Source: Tubiluchus corallicola
Lineage: Eukaryota; Animalia; Priapulida
Direction: 5' to 3'
Length of the DNA: 64,000 nt
Assembly (NCBI GenBank): GCA_030141605.1
Contig: JAQGDQ010000910.1
Coordinates: forward strand, 17,238 to 81,237
Below the pieces are notes generated by a model. It had not been told where the DNA came from, did no database searches, and was given only the letters and a program-made list of their open reading frames with translations. The translations under genes and the position numbers were made by a program. Shown here one piece after another: positions 12,101-23,916 of the stretch; positions within the stretch are counted from its first letter, which is position 1, and each line of letters starts with the position of its first letter.

Positions 12101-15100
12101 GAACTTGTTTCAAATGACCTGTCGTCAAAATGGCTGCATCTAACCGTCATTGCGGGAGTTTGAATTTACAAGTTTTATACAGCGTTATTGTCAACGCAAG
12201 CCTAATATGCAAAAAGGTAGTATGTAAGTGATATAAAATTTCAAGACTATTTTTAAGCTTTATGTAAGTTGAGGGTTTTCTTGTGCTTTAATGGAAAGCA
12301 GGGTGATTTATAATTTCCTTTTCCATTTACACTCTAACACCTATAATAATGCTACAGCATCTCTGGTAAGTAATTAACAGGTTGTTGGCATCCTTCTGTC
12401 TCAGAAGACAATGGAGTGTGCCCCAAGAGAGTCAGTTATTGATCACATTGATGGAGCTGCAGAGTCGACTGTCTTCAGGGTACACGCCTGGGCAAGGTGT
12501 ATGGAGATCCTGAGTTGCCCAGACAACAGGATCCCCCTCTCTTCTTCCCTGGTGTAAGCGGAGCGATACGTTTGTCACCAGGTTGGCTGCCGGAGTCAGT
12601 GAGCATGCTGCACTGGTCCGCCTTCGGGGCTCCACTCCTGATTTGGAAGGTTTACTCCTCTAAACATGGCCATTGGGTCACTTGACCTCCTCCGCCCTCT
12701 AGCCATTGGCTGTTTGTGCAGCTCCCCTGCCTAGTGTCGAGATACAGTGTTGGCATCCTGCAAGTGTACAGCACCTGCTAGTCCTGGGCGGCTACCCATC
12801 CAAGTACTAACCAGGCTCTACGTTGCTTAACTTCGGTGATCAGACGCGAACCGGTGTTTTCAACGTGATTTGGCCGTAGCTAATTAACAGGTTGAAAAAC
12901 TTATTTAAATGCAGGTGAGTCGTCAATTCCAGTTTCTATTGGGTTAGCTACGAAATGGACAGCTTGATCGCCTAGCCGTGTAACTCTGACCACTTGTTGA
13001 CCACTTATCTGCAAACAGGACAGAAAACATGGTCCAAATATTCCACAAAAAGTGAACTGTGACATTAAAATTTAAGCAACGTAAATGAAAGACGAAGTTC
13101 AGAGATGGAAAAAATTCCCACTTACAATCAGAAATTAAGGTTTCCCATATTGAAAGACGAAGTTCAGAGATGGAAAAAATTCCCACTTACAATCAGAAAT
13201 TAAGGTTTCCCATAATGAAAGACGAAGTTCAGAGATGGAAAAAATTCTCACTTGCAATCAGAAATTAAGGTTTCCCATATTGAAAGACGAAGTTCAGAGA
13301 TGGAAAAAATTCTCACTTGCAATCAGAAATTAAGGTTTCCCATATTGAAAGACGAAGTTCAGAGATGGAAAAAATTCTCACTTACAATCAGAAATTAAGG
13401 TTTCCCATATTGAAAGACGAAGTTCAGAGATGGAAAAAATTCCCACTTACTATCAGAAATATGATTTCCCATATTAATTATCATTTATCAACAATCATGC
13501 TAGTACAACATCCTTCAAAAACTGATTCAAGATTATTATCAGTTAGTATGTCAGGGAAGCATTTACTAATCCAATGATACCTTTTCAGTAAGGATGATAT
13601 TCTCCATTTGATAGCTATAGGGATGCCACTCTGTCTTGAGCCAAAGTCGGGAGACGAGAGCTAGCTAGGTGACCTGTGAGCTCCCCCAATGAGACCCGGG
13701 AGGGAGCCTTGGGAACAACTGTTTCCTGCATTTTAGATGTTTCACGAGGAACTTCTTCAGAAATTAAAATCAATAAATTCAGCCTTTAAGGTAGCTGGGT
13801 GGTCGAGTGGTTTAGATTTCGGACTGCAATCACGCGGTCTTGAGTTCGAAACTAGCGGCTGCAAATTCCAGGACATTTGCTCTATTCACTATTTGTGTGT
13901 TGCGTCTTTACCTGTATTGTTGTAAGTGTCGTCGCTAAATAGATGTTAGTGCTGTTGTTGTCTGTTAAATGAGCAACGGTGAATAAATAAATCTTGTCTT
14001 TAGTATAAATCTTGATGTTTGACTCCAAAAAGCCGTAAAAATCTAAAACGTACAAAAGTGCAAGCAGCCTGTACATCAATTTTTCCAGTTTCTTCCCAGT
14101 CACATTTCTCACATTTTATGAGGTACCAGTGGTGGCAACCCTAGACACCGGGCCCAAATCGGGAGTGCTGGCAACCCTAGACCCCGGGCCCAATCAGGAG
14201 TGGTGGCAACCCTAGACACCGGGTCCAATCAGGAGTGGTGGCAACCCTAGACACCGGGCCCAAATCGGGAGTGCTGGCAACCCTAGACCCCGGGCCCAAA
14301 TCAGGAGCGGTGGCAACCCTAGACACCGGGCCCAATCAGGAGTGGTGGCAACCCTAGACACCGGGTCCAATCAGGAGTGGTGGCAACCCTAGACACCGGG
14401 TCCAATCAGGAGTGGTAGCAACCCTAGACACCGGGTCCAATCAGGAGTGGTGGCAACCCTAGACACCGGGTCCAATCAGGAGTGGTGGCAACCCTAGATA
14501 CCGGGTCCAATCAGGAGTGGTGGCAACCCTAGACACCGGGTCCAATCAGGAGTGGTGACAACCCTAGACACCGGGTCCAATCAGGAGTGGTGGCAACCCT
14601 AGATACCGGGTCCAATCAGGAGTGGTGGCAACCCTAGACACCGGGCCCAATCAGGAGTGGTAGCAACCCTAGACACCGGGCCCAATCAGGAGTGGTAGCA
14701 ACCCTAGACACCGGGCCCAAATCGGGAGTGCTGGCAACCCTAGACCCCGGGCCCAAATCAGGAGCGGTGGCAACCCTAGACACCGGGCCCAATCAGGAGT
14801 GGTGGCAACCCTAGATACCGGGTCCAATCAGGAGTGGTGACAACCCTAGATACCGGGTCCAATCAGGAGTGGTGACAACCCTAGATACCGGGTCCAATCA
14901 GGAGTGGTGACAACCCTAGATACCGGGTCCAATCAGGAGTGGTAGCAACCCTAGACACCGGGCCCAAATCAGGAGTGGTAGCAACCCTAGACACCGGGCC
15001 CAATCAGGAGTGGTGGCAACCCTAGATAACTACTAAGTGTTGAAGTGCATAAAATTGGTCCATTGCCTTTTCATTTTCTACATTTCAGAAGTTTTATGCT

Positions 15101-15499
15101 TCCTCTGTCGGCAAGGATGAAAATCGGGTGAACTCCCTTTTCTCCGAGGCTGGAAGCAATGGCATCGTAATAGAACAAAGGCAAGTTTAATAGGTGATTT
15201 ATACCTTCATTCTAACGTGTTTGCTTAACCCTTTCACTGCTTTTTAACTTTCCCACCTTGACTTTTGCTCATTTGACAATAACTTCTTGTGGTGTGTTAC
15301 TAAAACAAAATCTTGTAAATAAACAAATAGTTGTTCGTTATTGAGTACTAATATCAGATATTAGTTTTGTTTTTACACATACACATACATGCACTCATAC
15401 ACGCACACACGCACACACACACACACACATGCACACACCCACACACACATGCATGCACACGCACACATACACACACACACACATAGGCACGCACACACA

Positions 15500-15552
<53 letters not shown>

Positions 15553-18233
15553 GCACGTAGGCACACACACACACACGTACACACACGCACACACACCCTC
15601 ATAAATAAACATGTACTTATATTTAGAAACCAGTTTTCACAAAAGACGCAATACTAATCCGTAATATACAATCATTTTATAAGAATGCAGAACAACGATC
15701 TACAAGTGATCTTGCGTGGGAACATATCATACAGCACAGTATTGTGGAATGCACCTGGCTTCAGATGCTGATTGGCTGGCTAGCATTACCTGTTTCAAAG
15801 CAACCTCAATCCCACGGCTCTTAAACTTTTCTATAATGTTCTGCATGGCCATAGCAGTGAAATAAACAGACCTGGGTGACTGCGCTTAGTGCTGAGTTTG
15901 GGCGGCAGTTTGCGTGAAAAACATAGGCGGCAGTGTCTAACCTAATAACATTCATATTGTAAAGTGTAGATATTTTTGTATTTCCATTTTTTAAATAAAT
16001 TTAGAAAAAATTGACAAATTTAAAATGGCTGTTTGCAGCTGGTTGGATTTTAACACGGCAAGTGCAGGTGCAATTTATCTGCTGGAAAAACGCAGATGAT
16101 TCCGTGAAGAAAAAGCGTTTAACAAGATAACACAGAAATGTTTTAACCGTCCATACAAGTTCAAACTTTAAAGCATCATCTTCCACTTCTATTATCGAAT
16201 TTGGACGTAGATGGCAGCACGGGTTCAAACTTGAAAGCATCATCTTCCACTTCTATTATCGAATTTGAACGTAGATGGCAGCACAGCGTTATTCATACCC
16301 TTCACACGCATGGTGGATACACCGTGCCGATTTCCGACAAAGTTTAACGTGCATATTTTGCTTGCTTATGTAATTAGCCGACTGACTAAGTCATCCTAGC
16401 GCCACCTGTTGATAATTTTGAAAAGCTCGACGTACTTGCAGGTCTGTGTCGATGGAGGAGGTTTTGGAGAATTTGCGTAAATCTCGTCCAGTCATCGTTC
16501 TGATAAACGCTCGATTGTTAAGGTGTATCACATGTCGGCGACATTGTCTAGAATGCTGTCTGTCTTGTGTAAATAGAGGATATTATGGTGAGTTTAAAGG
16601 AAATGTTATATAATCTTATATGATTTGCTATATCATTTAAAATCTCAGCATGGTGAACGATAAAATACATTTAAAATTCATAGGAAACATCAAATTTAAA
16701 AGACATGGAAAATTTAAATTAGTTCATCATAAAAGTACAATTTAAACAAATGCATTTTAAATGTTTTAGCTAAGCCGGTCTGGTTGTGTGACTTTACTAA
16801 GCTGGTCTGGTCATGTGACTTTGCTAAGCTGGTCTGGTCATGTGACTTTACTAAGCTGGTCTGGTCATGTGACTTTACTAAGCTGGTCTGGTCATGTGAC
16901 TTTGCTAAGCCGGTCTGGTCATGTGACTTTGCTAAGCTGGTCTGGTCATGTGACTTTGCTAAGCTGGTCTGGTCGCGCAACTTTGCTAAACTGGTGCGGT
17001 TTCTTAGCTTAAAGTGATATAGAGCCGTTCTAAAGTAAAATATACATTATAAAATAAACATATATACATTAATATATAAAATATATTTATATATAAAGTA
17101 AAATATATTAATCACTGCAGTTTTTTTTATATGCGAAGTTTGGCACCCATCAAGCTGGAGTCACTCACTAGACACTAGAGATCACTTAATAACATGGTTG
17201 TGGCACGACTGGAATGTATCTCGTTATCAAGGATAGTTTTTTAAAATGAGTCACTAGACCAGCCAAGGTGCCTTGGCCAGATTTGGATGTGTATCCATCC
17301 AATCATATCAACAAAGTGTATAATATGGCAGATGAAACGCCCCACCATGAGTCACTCAGCCGTCAACTAACCAGGTTCGGTATTGCTTAACTTTAGCTGC
17401 TACATGCACTGCATAACTGCTTGACTATTCACCTTCATTTCCTGGTCAGTAAATTGTCGTTGTCATTTGCCAGCTGTTGCATTTCTGTCCATTTTTCACA
17501 AATGTTTTTGAATTTTAGGTCATTTTATAGTCTTAACCGGTTTCAATGAGAAAACTCAAGTTCTGATGTACAAAAATCCGGCTTGTAAAAGCAGTAAGTA
17601 CTTACCATCCATTTCCATACTTTGTGATGATTTCAGAGGAGTTAGTTTCTGACGTCATATGATGTAGAGCCCATTTTTTCGTGACATCATATGTTTAAGC
17701 AGTACTGTAACACCTATGCAAATGTGCTTGACGCGCAAGGGAAGATGCCTGCCATTGCACAAACTGTGGTTAGTTTCTGAAGTAAGCAATAGCTGTGTAA
17801 GGAAAATATAAGGAACAATTGCTAGCTTTTACAGGCAAGAAAATGTATATTTTGGACAGTAAATTAAAATGAGATTGAGTAAAAAACAATCATCCGGTTT
17901 TCCTTTAAAATTCGAAATTGGGATTCGAAATCTCAAAAGTCGGTTTGATTAGAATTCACAAGTCACAAATTCAAATCGATTCGAATTTGCTTTCTGGTAG
18001 AGAACGTTCCTCTCACCTAGTTTGTCACTATTTAGAACAGTTCAAGCCATTTTGAGTGATTACACTTCTTTGTTTGTGTATAAATGTGTAACTCACTTGC
18101 TAATGATGTCTTCATTTTTGTAGAACTGTGTGCGACGACGTACGGCAACTTCGAGGAATGCCGTCACAGTTACGGCACCGACGACGACATAGTTTTCGTT
18201 CGTCGACCGTCGGTACTGGCGACAAACAGTTAG
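9129..18233 (+). CDS. GUCD1: Protein GUCD1 (guanylyl cyclase domain-containing 1), 7 coding exons: 9129-9259, 10174-10242, 11484-11583, 15089-15180, 16442-16587, 17519-17593, 18124-18233
   Basis: Phase-consistent spliced translation contains PHIRQSYNWDCGLACVKMVL, IWTVDL, FCTLTLGVDTGY, ENRVNSLF, PVIVLIN, GHFIVLTGFN, YKNPA and FEECRHSYGTDDDIVFV, matching GUCD1 family motifs; introns are GT-AG except intron 4 (GC-AG). Confidence 0.93.
9270..9910. mobile_element. MITE-like element in GUCD1 intron
   Basis: Inverted ends TTGCTTGCATATCAAAA / TTTTGATATGCAAGCAA with further imperfect pairing; TSD unclear. Confidence 0.55.
10430..10873 (+). mobile_element. LINE-like 3' end with A-rich tail
   Basis: Near-identical inverted copy at 37078-37398; ends in AATAAACTAAAACTAAA. 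Confidence 0.6.
11207..11445. repeat. ~90-bp tandem repeat, ~2.6 copies
   Basis: GTAAGCAYGTGACAACTATCAACAAACTGTGTGAGT recurs three times. Confidence 0.85.
11615..12287. mobile_element. Kolobok-like non-autonomous DNA transposon (family A)
   Basis: TTAA on both sides; termini AGGGCAAGAAAA / TTTTCTTGTGCT; homologous copies at 18965-19624 and 55228-55650. Confidence 0.7.
12385..12880 (-). mobile_element. Full-length 5S rRNA-derived SINE with RTE-like 3' tail
   Basis: Minus-strand head (12880 to ~12765) GCTACGGCCAAATCACG...GAAGTTAAGCA...GCCTGGTTAGTACTTGGATGGG...GGTGCTGTA aligns to 5S rRNA; 14-bp TSD TAATTAACAGGTTG at 12371-12384 and 12881-12894. Confidence 0.88.
13086..13475. repeat. 65-bp minisatellite, 6 copies
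   Basis: TGAAAGACGAAGTTCAGAGATGG starts at 13086, 13151, 13216, 13281, 13346 and 13411. Confidence 0.95.
13618..15024. mobile_element. hAT-type non-autonomous element with nested SINE and tandemly amplified right end
   Basis: Left TIR TAGGGATGCCAC, right TIR GTGGCAACCCTA; TSD GATAGCTA (13610-13617) versus GATAACTA (15025-15032). Confidence 0.7.
13791..14000 (+). mobile_element. tRNA-derived SINE (Cys-like GCA loop)
   Basis: A box TGGTCGAGTGG, B box GAGTTCGAAAC and a pairing acceptor stem, but broken anticodon and T stems; body ends AATAAATAAA. Confidence 0.6.
14128..15026. repeat. 35/36-bp minisatellite, ~25 copies
   Basis: Unit GTGGTGGCAACCCTAGACACCGGGTCCAATCAGGA. Confidence 0.95.
15376..15598. 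repeat. (CA)n microsatellite
   Basis: Direct reading. Confidence 0.95.
16769..17000. repeat. 27-bp minisatellite, ~8.5 copies
   Basis: Unit GCTAAGCTGGTCTGGTCATGTGACTTT. Confidence 0.95.
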
Positions 18234-18416
18234 CAAACGTTCCGCAAAGCAGCAGTTTTCGAGCTAGTGAATACCCCGCAGCTTGTGTCAAGACCGTATA
18301 CTGCACCTGCCCCGTTCTCTGAGTTTGAGATGCAAGCAGTAATGTCACGCGCTTTAGAATTCACAAATGAAGCTCTGAAATTGATAGCATAGATAGATGT
18401 CTCAATCCCGGATGAC

Positions 18417-18918
18417 CAGGCTGCATAAGATTATGGATATCCATAAAATAAGACCAAAAATCCATAAAATAAAATCTGAAAAATCCATAAAATAAGAAAT
18501 GCATGAAATAAAAAAATATTTTTTTTGTGATTTTTTGTACAAAGTAACGAGTTGTAAGCATTGGCAACACTGAAAACGAACGTTAGAAGGAGAGAAAGAG
18601 AAAGAAAACAAACCAACAAAAGCGCATTTCCGGATTTGCTATTTTACATTGTTTTTTTTCTCATTGTCTTTTTGTTATCAAGATGGCGAAGTTTCAACCA
18701 AAGCATGAGCTGGAGTTCGGTCTGAAACTAAGTCCTGCGTGTTTAAAAACACGTTTCAAACCACCTGTTTTTACTTTTTAATTGATTTCCCCCTGGGCAT
18801 CTCGTTCCAGATATAGTCTATTTCTTATTTTATTGATATCCATAAAATAAAATTTCAAAAATCCATAAAATAAGCTATTTTATTTATTTTATACATACCC
18901 ATAATCTTATGCACCCTA
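18417..18918. mobile_element. hAT-type MITE just 3' of GUCD1
   Basis: TIR CAGGCTGCATAAGATTATGG / CCATAATCTTATGCACCCTA; TSD CGGATGAC/CGGATGAG; subterminal CCATAAAATAA repeats. Confidence 0.8.
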
Positions 18919-18964
18919 CGGATGAGACATGCATTGTTCAGTATGCCTGGCAGGGCCGACCTAA

Positions 18965-19624
18965 ATGTCAAGAGAAGGGGTACCAGAAGTAGCTTTCAGA
19001 AAAATTGCTTTAAAGAATTATATTACTTTACAGCAATTTTCTACTCGAGTTGAATAGATTTTTTGTTTGTTTTCATTTTATATTTCCCGCGATACTTTTC
19101 TTACGGCGCCATTACGTGACGTCACCTACGCAAACGTAAATCAGGGGAAGAAAAGTAAATGCTAAACTTTGTGTCCCAGAAAACTTTCCATGGAAAATTT
19201 TGTTAATTAGCATTTCGTTTACCTGCTTGAAAGACTTATGTAACCAGAAAAGAAAATTATTAATTTAAAATGCTTTCGCCAATTGGTAAAATGTCGCTGA
19301 CTCACCCTCCTGGGTGCACCAAAAACGTATTTTTAATCTTATTGACAAGATACAGTAATTTAAAATTTTATTCATTTAGTGGTGTATGTGCTAAGAATGT
19401 CCTTTTTATTTTTTTAAACTTTACACGATTTTATCTAAACTTGTTTCAAATGACCTACCATCAAAATGGCTGCGCCTAACGGTCGTTGCGGGAGTTTAAA
19501 TCTACGTTTTATACAGCGATACTGCCAATGCAAGTCGTGTATGCAAAAAGGCATTATGTAAATGGTATAAAATTTCAAAACGAATTTTTTTAAGCATTAT
19601 GGAAGTGGAGGGTTTTCTTGTACT
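18965..19624. mobile_element. Kolobok-like element, family A copy
   Basis: Colinear similarity with 11615-12287. Confidence 0.7.
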
Positions 19625-19976
19625 TTCACAGCATCATAGGCCCCCCCTCCCGGGCAAAACAGTGCTCTGAGACCCCTACCTGTACAACCACCCACAGGAA
19701 TAAAAATTTAAACGGTGAATAAAGTTAAACATGTACATCTATTGTATTAGTACGTCCAACAAAATCAGTGTTTAAAGATTAAAAAACATGCTAAACAGCA
19801 AAGATTAATAAACACGAACGTTTGAACAATGTACATTAAGTTTTAACATATAAATGTTACTCAATTGGAAAAACCACGCAGATGTAGATGGCGCTGTCTG
19901 AAGTTTATATGATTTATTTATTATTAATAAAGCGTTTAATACAAACGTTTGCAAAGTTTGTTTTTATACTGTTTAA

Positions 19977-20501
19977 AGGAAAACCGGACGATTCTGTAAA
20001 CACGAGTTCAGAATAAAGAATGCTCTAAAATATTGAAAACAACAATAGCTTATTTTTAATCAAAGCTTTGATTAAATAATAATTACCTCGGATACTCAAA
20101 TGTCGTTAAACTTTCAAAGCTACGCGCGGGTCAGTGAATTTACTAAGATTGGCAGCGGCGCCTTTTTGTCACATTCGCGTGGCCGATAAATAAAAGGCGG
20201 TACCGTGATAAGCATGATCATGAACTGGTGTATTAGTTTTTGACGTCGTATGACGTAGAGCCCATTTTCATGACATCACGCGTTTAAAAAGTACCACTTT
20301 TGCAGGGAAGACGCCTGCCATTGTGCAAACTGTCGTTAGTTTCTGACGTAAGCAATAGCTGTGTTCGATTGCCGTTAATTAACTTTCTAAGCTAATTATT
20401 CAAATATAAGGAACAATTGCTAACTTTTGCAGGCAAGAAAATGTACATTTTGGACAGTAAATTAGATTGAGATCGAGTCTAAACAATCGTCCGGTTTTCC
20501 T
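19977..20501. mobile_element. Kolobok-like non-autonomous element (family B)
   Basis: TTAA flanks; TIR AGGAAAACCGGACGATT / AATCGTCCGGTTTTCCT; partial copy at ~17640-17905. Confidence 0.75.
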
Positions 20502-20700
20502 TTAAATAAATGATGAAAGTTCGTTCTTTTTTGTGAGTTCACATTACCGATGTGCACTCAATAAACCATGTTCGCTATAATGGTGTTATACTGTATTAGT
20601 AGTATGTCTTAGTGTAAGATATAATCATGTGTAATTTAAAGCGGAGATCTTATTGTTTTGTCTTAGTAAGCAGAACATTTTTTCTGCCAACTTTGATATA

Positions 20701-21537
20701 CAGTCTAACCTCGTTATCTCGCCACTGTCCGTCTAGGGCAAATTTTTGGCGAGAGGCGAGTATGGCGAGATAATGGGAATATAACGAAGTTAGTCTATAT
20801 GTATATACATAATAGTTGATTAACATAGTGTTCCTCTATGTACATATAAAATATATTTCGCATTATGATACCAATCAACATTAAATCAGAAATGAAAAAA
20901 TGTCATAAAAATAATCTTAGAATGTTACTTTCTTTACTCGCTATTATATCTCCTACACTTCTCCGGCTAACAGTGTCACCAAATTTCGCGCTAAATACAG
21001 TAGCAATTTCCTGCTGTGTCTTTGAAGAATTATTCGTATGATAAATACAAATTTCCTTTTTTTGTTCAGGATTAAGACAAAACAGTTTTCGCTTCAGAGA
21101 CATCATGAAAAGTTGCTCACACTTTGTGGAAACTCAAACTTAAACGCAGCTTTGGTGTTATAGAGTAAGGATATCGGAGACGCTTTAGTTTCCCTGCGCA
21201 TTAACCAACCACAGCACTCCTAATCTAATCCTGGTGAGACACACACTAGATTAATTATGTCTGTCTATCGAGTACAGCAGCATTGTCTACATACCGCGGT
21301 TATATTGATCGACACGCAGTATATGTATTGATCGATTCACCTCTGAGTTTGTCTGTTTGGCGACATAACGAATATAGTTTACATAAGCACTCATCCTAGC
21401 ATGACGTGGCGAGGGCGAGAAGCGAGGGTGGCGACTTAACGAGGTAAATATCAAAGCAGGAAATCCGTCCTGGTACTTTCTATGGCGAGAGACGAGTTTG
21501 GCGGCATAACGAGGGGCGAGATAACGAGGCTAGACTG
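20701..21537 (-). mobile_element. pogo/Tigger deletion derivative retaining the transposase N-terminal HTH fragment (20903-21106)
   Basis: TA flanks; TIR CAGTCTAACCTCGTTATCTCGCC / GGCGAGATAACGAGGCTAGACTG; ORF KRKLFCLNPEQKKEICIY...TQQEIA...FGDTVSRRSVGDII resembles the CENP-B-type N-terminal HTH. Confidence 0.85.
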
Positions 21538-23916
21538 TACTAAGATTTGTAAACTGTAATGTAATAATGCAACATAATTATAATGTCAGACCACATTGAC
21601 GGTAATATTTAACATTTAACAACAACTCATCACACATCTTTGTGTACATTGTACCAGCTAAGCACAAAAAGGAATCAATTTTTTATTAGAAGCTTCGCGG
21701 TACCTGTAATCATTTCTAGTTTGCTCCACGTCACAATCATGGGGGTGTGATATTTTTTAAATAAAGTGGATTTATTTGGTTATGGACGGCGTTACATCTT
21801 GTTTTGTTACTTCTCTTTTGTTACTACCGGGAGTGCATTTACCAATACCAACTCGGAAAATGCATATCCTTTTATATGCAACACACCACAAGCAGTTACC
21901 GAGTTTGCTTTTACATAAAAGCCAGAGCAAACAATTAGGTTATATAAAATTACGTGTACGCCTGCTTGGACGTAAGCACCATGTAAATAACAGTAACCAC
22001 ATAGCATTAAATAAGTGTTACTAATACACCACAAGTAATTCTGTTTTGCATTTATACATAAGAAACCATAAATCCATGATAAAGATAAGCAAGACTGAAC
22101 TATCATAAGGAGATTTTCCATTAATCATATTGATTTCTACATATATATAAACAAACGAAGCATTTTTGGGAATGTTCAGTATTTCTTTTCACGATATTTT
22201 TTTACACAAAAATATTTCAGTAAGTACAATCAAAATTTTACCATAATTTCTACGTTTTGAGGTACTTTCCTATCTAAAAATCGTTTGCAAGGCAAAAATA
22301 TTCAAAACTTTTACATAATTTCCAGGATTCTTCCGAAACATTGTTCTTCAATGCAACAAATTTAAGGCTAAGACATGGTTTCCATGGAAACACATTCGGC
22401 TTAGGATGCAAAACGAATTTAGCATGTCCAGGGAAATATGACGTCTCAACACATGATAAACAGAAGCCATCTACAGCGAAAACATAACATTGTATCATCA
22501 TTGCACGAATTACCTCCGAAGCGGAGTCATTCCGAAAAAAACTTGCATAATCAACAATAAAAAAATGGCGAAAATTAGTTCCTGACATTTTTCAAAATCA
22601 TTTTAACAGTTCTAACTTTTAACGAGTTCTCTCTCTCTCTCTCCCCCCTCTCTCCACCCTCTCTCTCTTTCTCTCTCCCCATGTCTTTCTCTCTCTCCCC
22701 TCTCTCTCTTTCTCTCTCTCTCCCCCTCTCTCTTTCTCTCTCTCTCCCCCCCTCTCTCTCTCTCTGTTAATCATTTTAACAGTCCTGTTTTAGGTGAACA
22801 AAAGTAATTCGTTGGTAATATGGCCGCATTACTTTCAACATTTAATACAAACCTGTATGGTACAGAAAGTTCTCGCTTAACGACTCGCTTTGTTGGAATA
22901 CATTAGCATTCTCAAGGGAGAAATTCCTGCACTCTGGTGGTGAAAATCAGCGATTGTTAATTAAAGATAACTCAAGAGTTGCTTACTGACGAGGAAAATG
23001 AATTCTGAAAATGCAAATAACAGCCAGCCCCGACTTAGAGGAAGACAGGATGATTTTTCATGTACTACCCCATTTTCAAGTCCGATAAAAAGTATACATT
23101 TTAACTCCAATTAATAATGCAAAAGCCTTTCTGATAAAAAACTAACATAATTTTCAACAGCAAAAATATTCCACCAGCATGTTGCACATGTTTGCGAAAG
23201 CGAAAATTGAAGTACATTGCTACTGTAGGAGATTCAGTGTTTTGAACTAAAACTAGGCAGGCTTTAAGATAAAAATTTACATTTCAAATTTAACGCAGTG
23301 CTCAACCACTGCGCACTTGAGCTGTCGAACCTGTGTAGTTCATCACAAACTAACATATCTGAACCTGTTATTGTGCAATGCATTTCAAAAATGCAGCGCC
23401 AGTGCCTGTCTAACTGGCAAAATGCATCTAGCAACTAAGAACTAATTGTGCGAACGTAAACTTGTGTGGTAAGAATTCTTTCACAGAAGTAACTTTTGAA
23501 AAAATAGTATGTTTCCTTTCGATATTTTAAATAGATTGTTTGACCTGCGGTTTAAGATTAGGTCCGGTTTTGCTTTAAGCAAAGACATGCTTTTATTTAG
23601 ACAAAAACATCGGCAACCTTTCGGTGAGTTACGGTCAAATTAGAAATGTCAGTTTGCTCCTTATAATACGTTGATTTCTGTAATTTTTATTCACTGTAAT
23701 TTTATTTAGTTGGATTGTCGGGTGAACATGACCGTAACTGGTCGAAAAGTTGCCAATGTTTGCGTCATCGGTGTTGGCTGTTATTTTCATTTTAATAACT
23801 CAGGATAAAACTTGATCAATGAGCAAAAACTGATTGTTCTTCAAGAAATTTTCAAGAACAAACACTTCATAACTTGTAATGCAATTTATAGAACGCGAAA
23901 TTTTTTACTTGGCAAC

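Noticed and set aside
12765-12880. Functional 5S rRNA gene
   Set aside because: Diverged, no oligo-T terminator, continues into a SINE body bounded by a TSD
13791-13863. tRNA-Cys gene
   Set aside because: Anticodon and T stems do not pair properly and it continues into a SINE-like body
14128-15026. CRISPR-like appearance of the 35-bp array (also the 29-, 37- and 23-bp arrays)
   Set aside because: Head-to-tail units with no unique spacers, no cas genes, eukaryotic context
22274-22588. 104-aa ORF or a C/D snoRNA (ATGATGA on minus strand) downstream of DKC1
   Set aside because: No recognisable protein motif and no suitably placed CTGA D box
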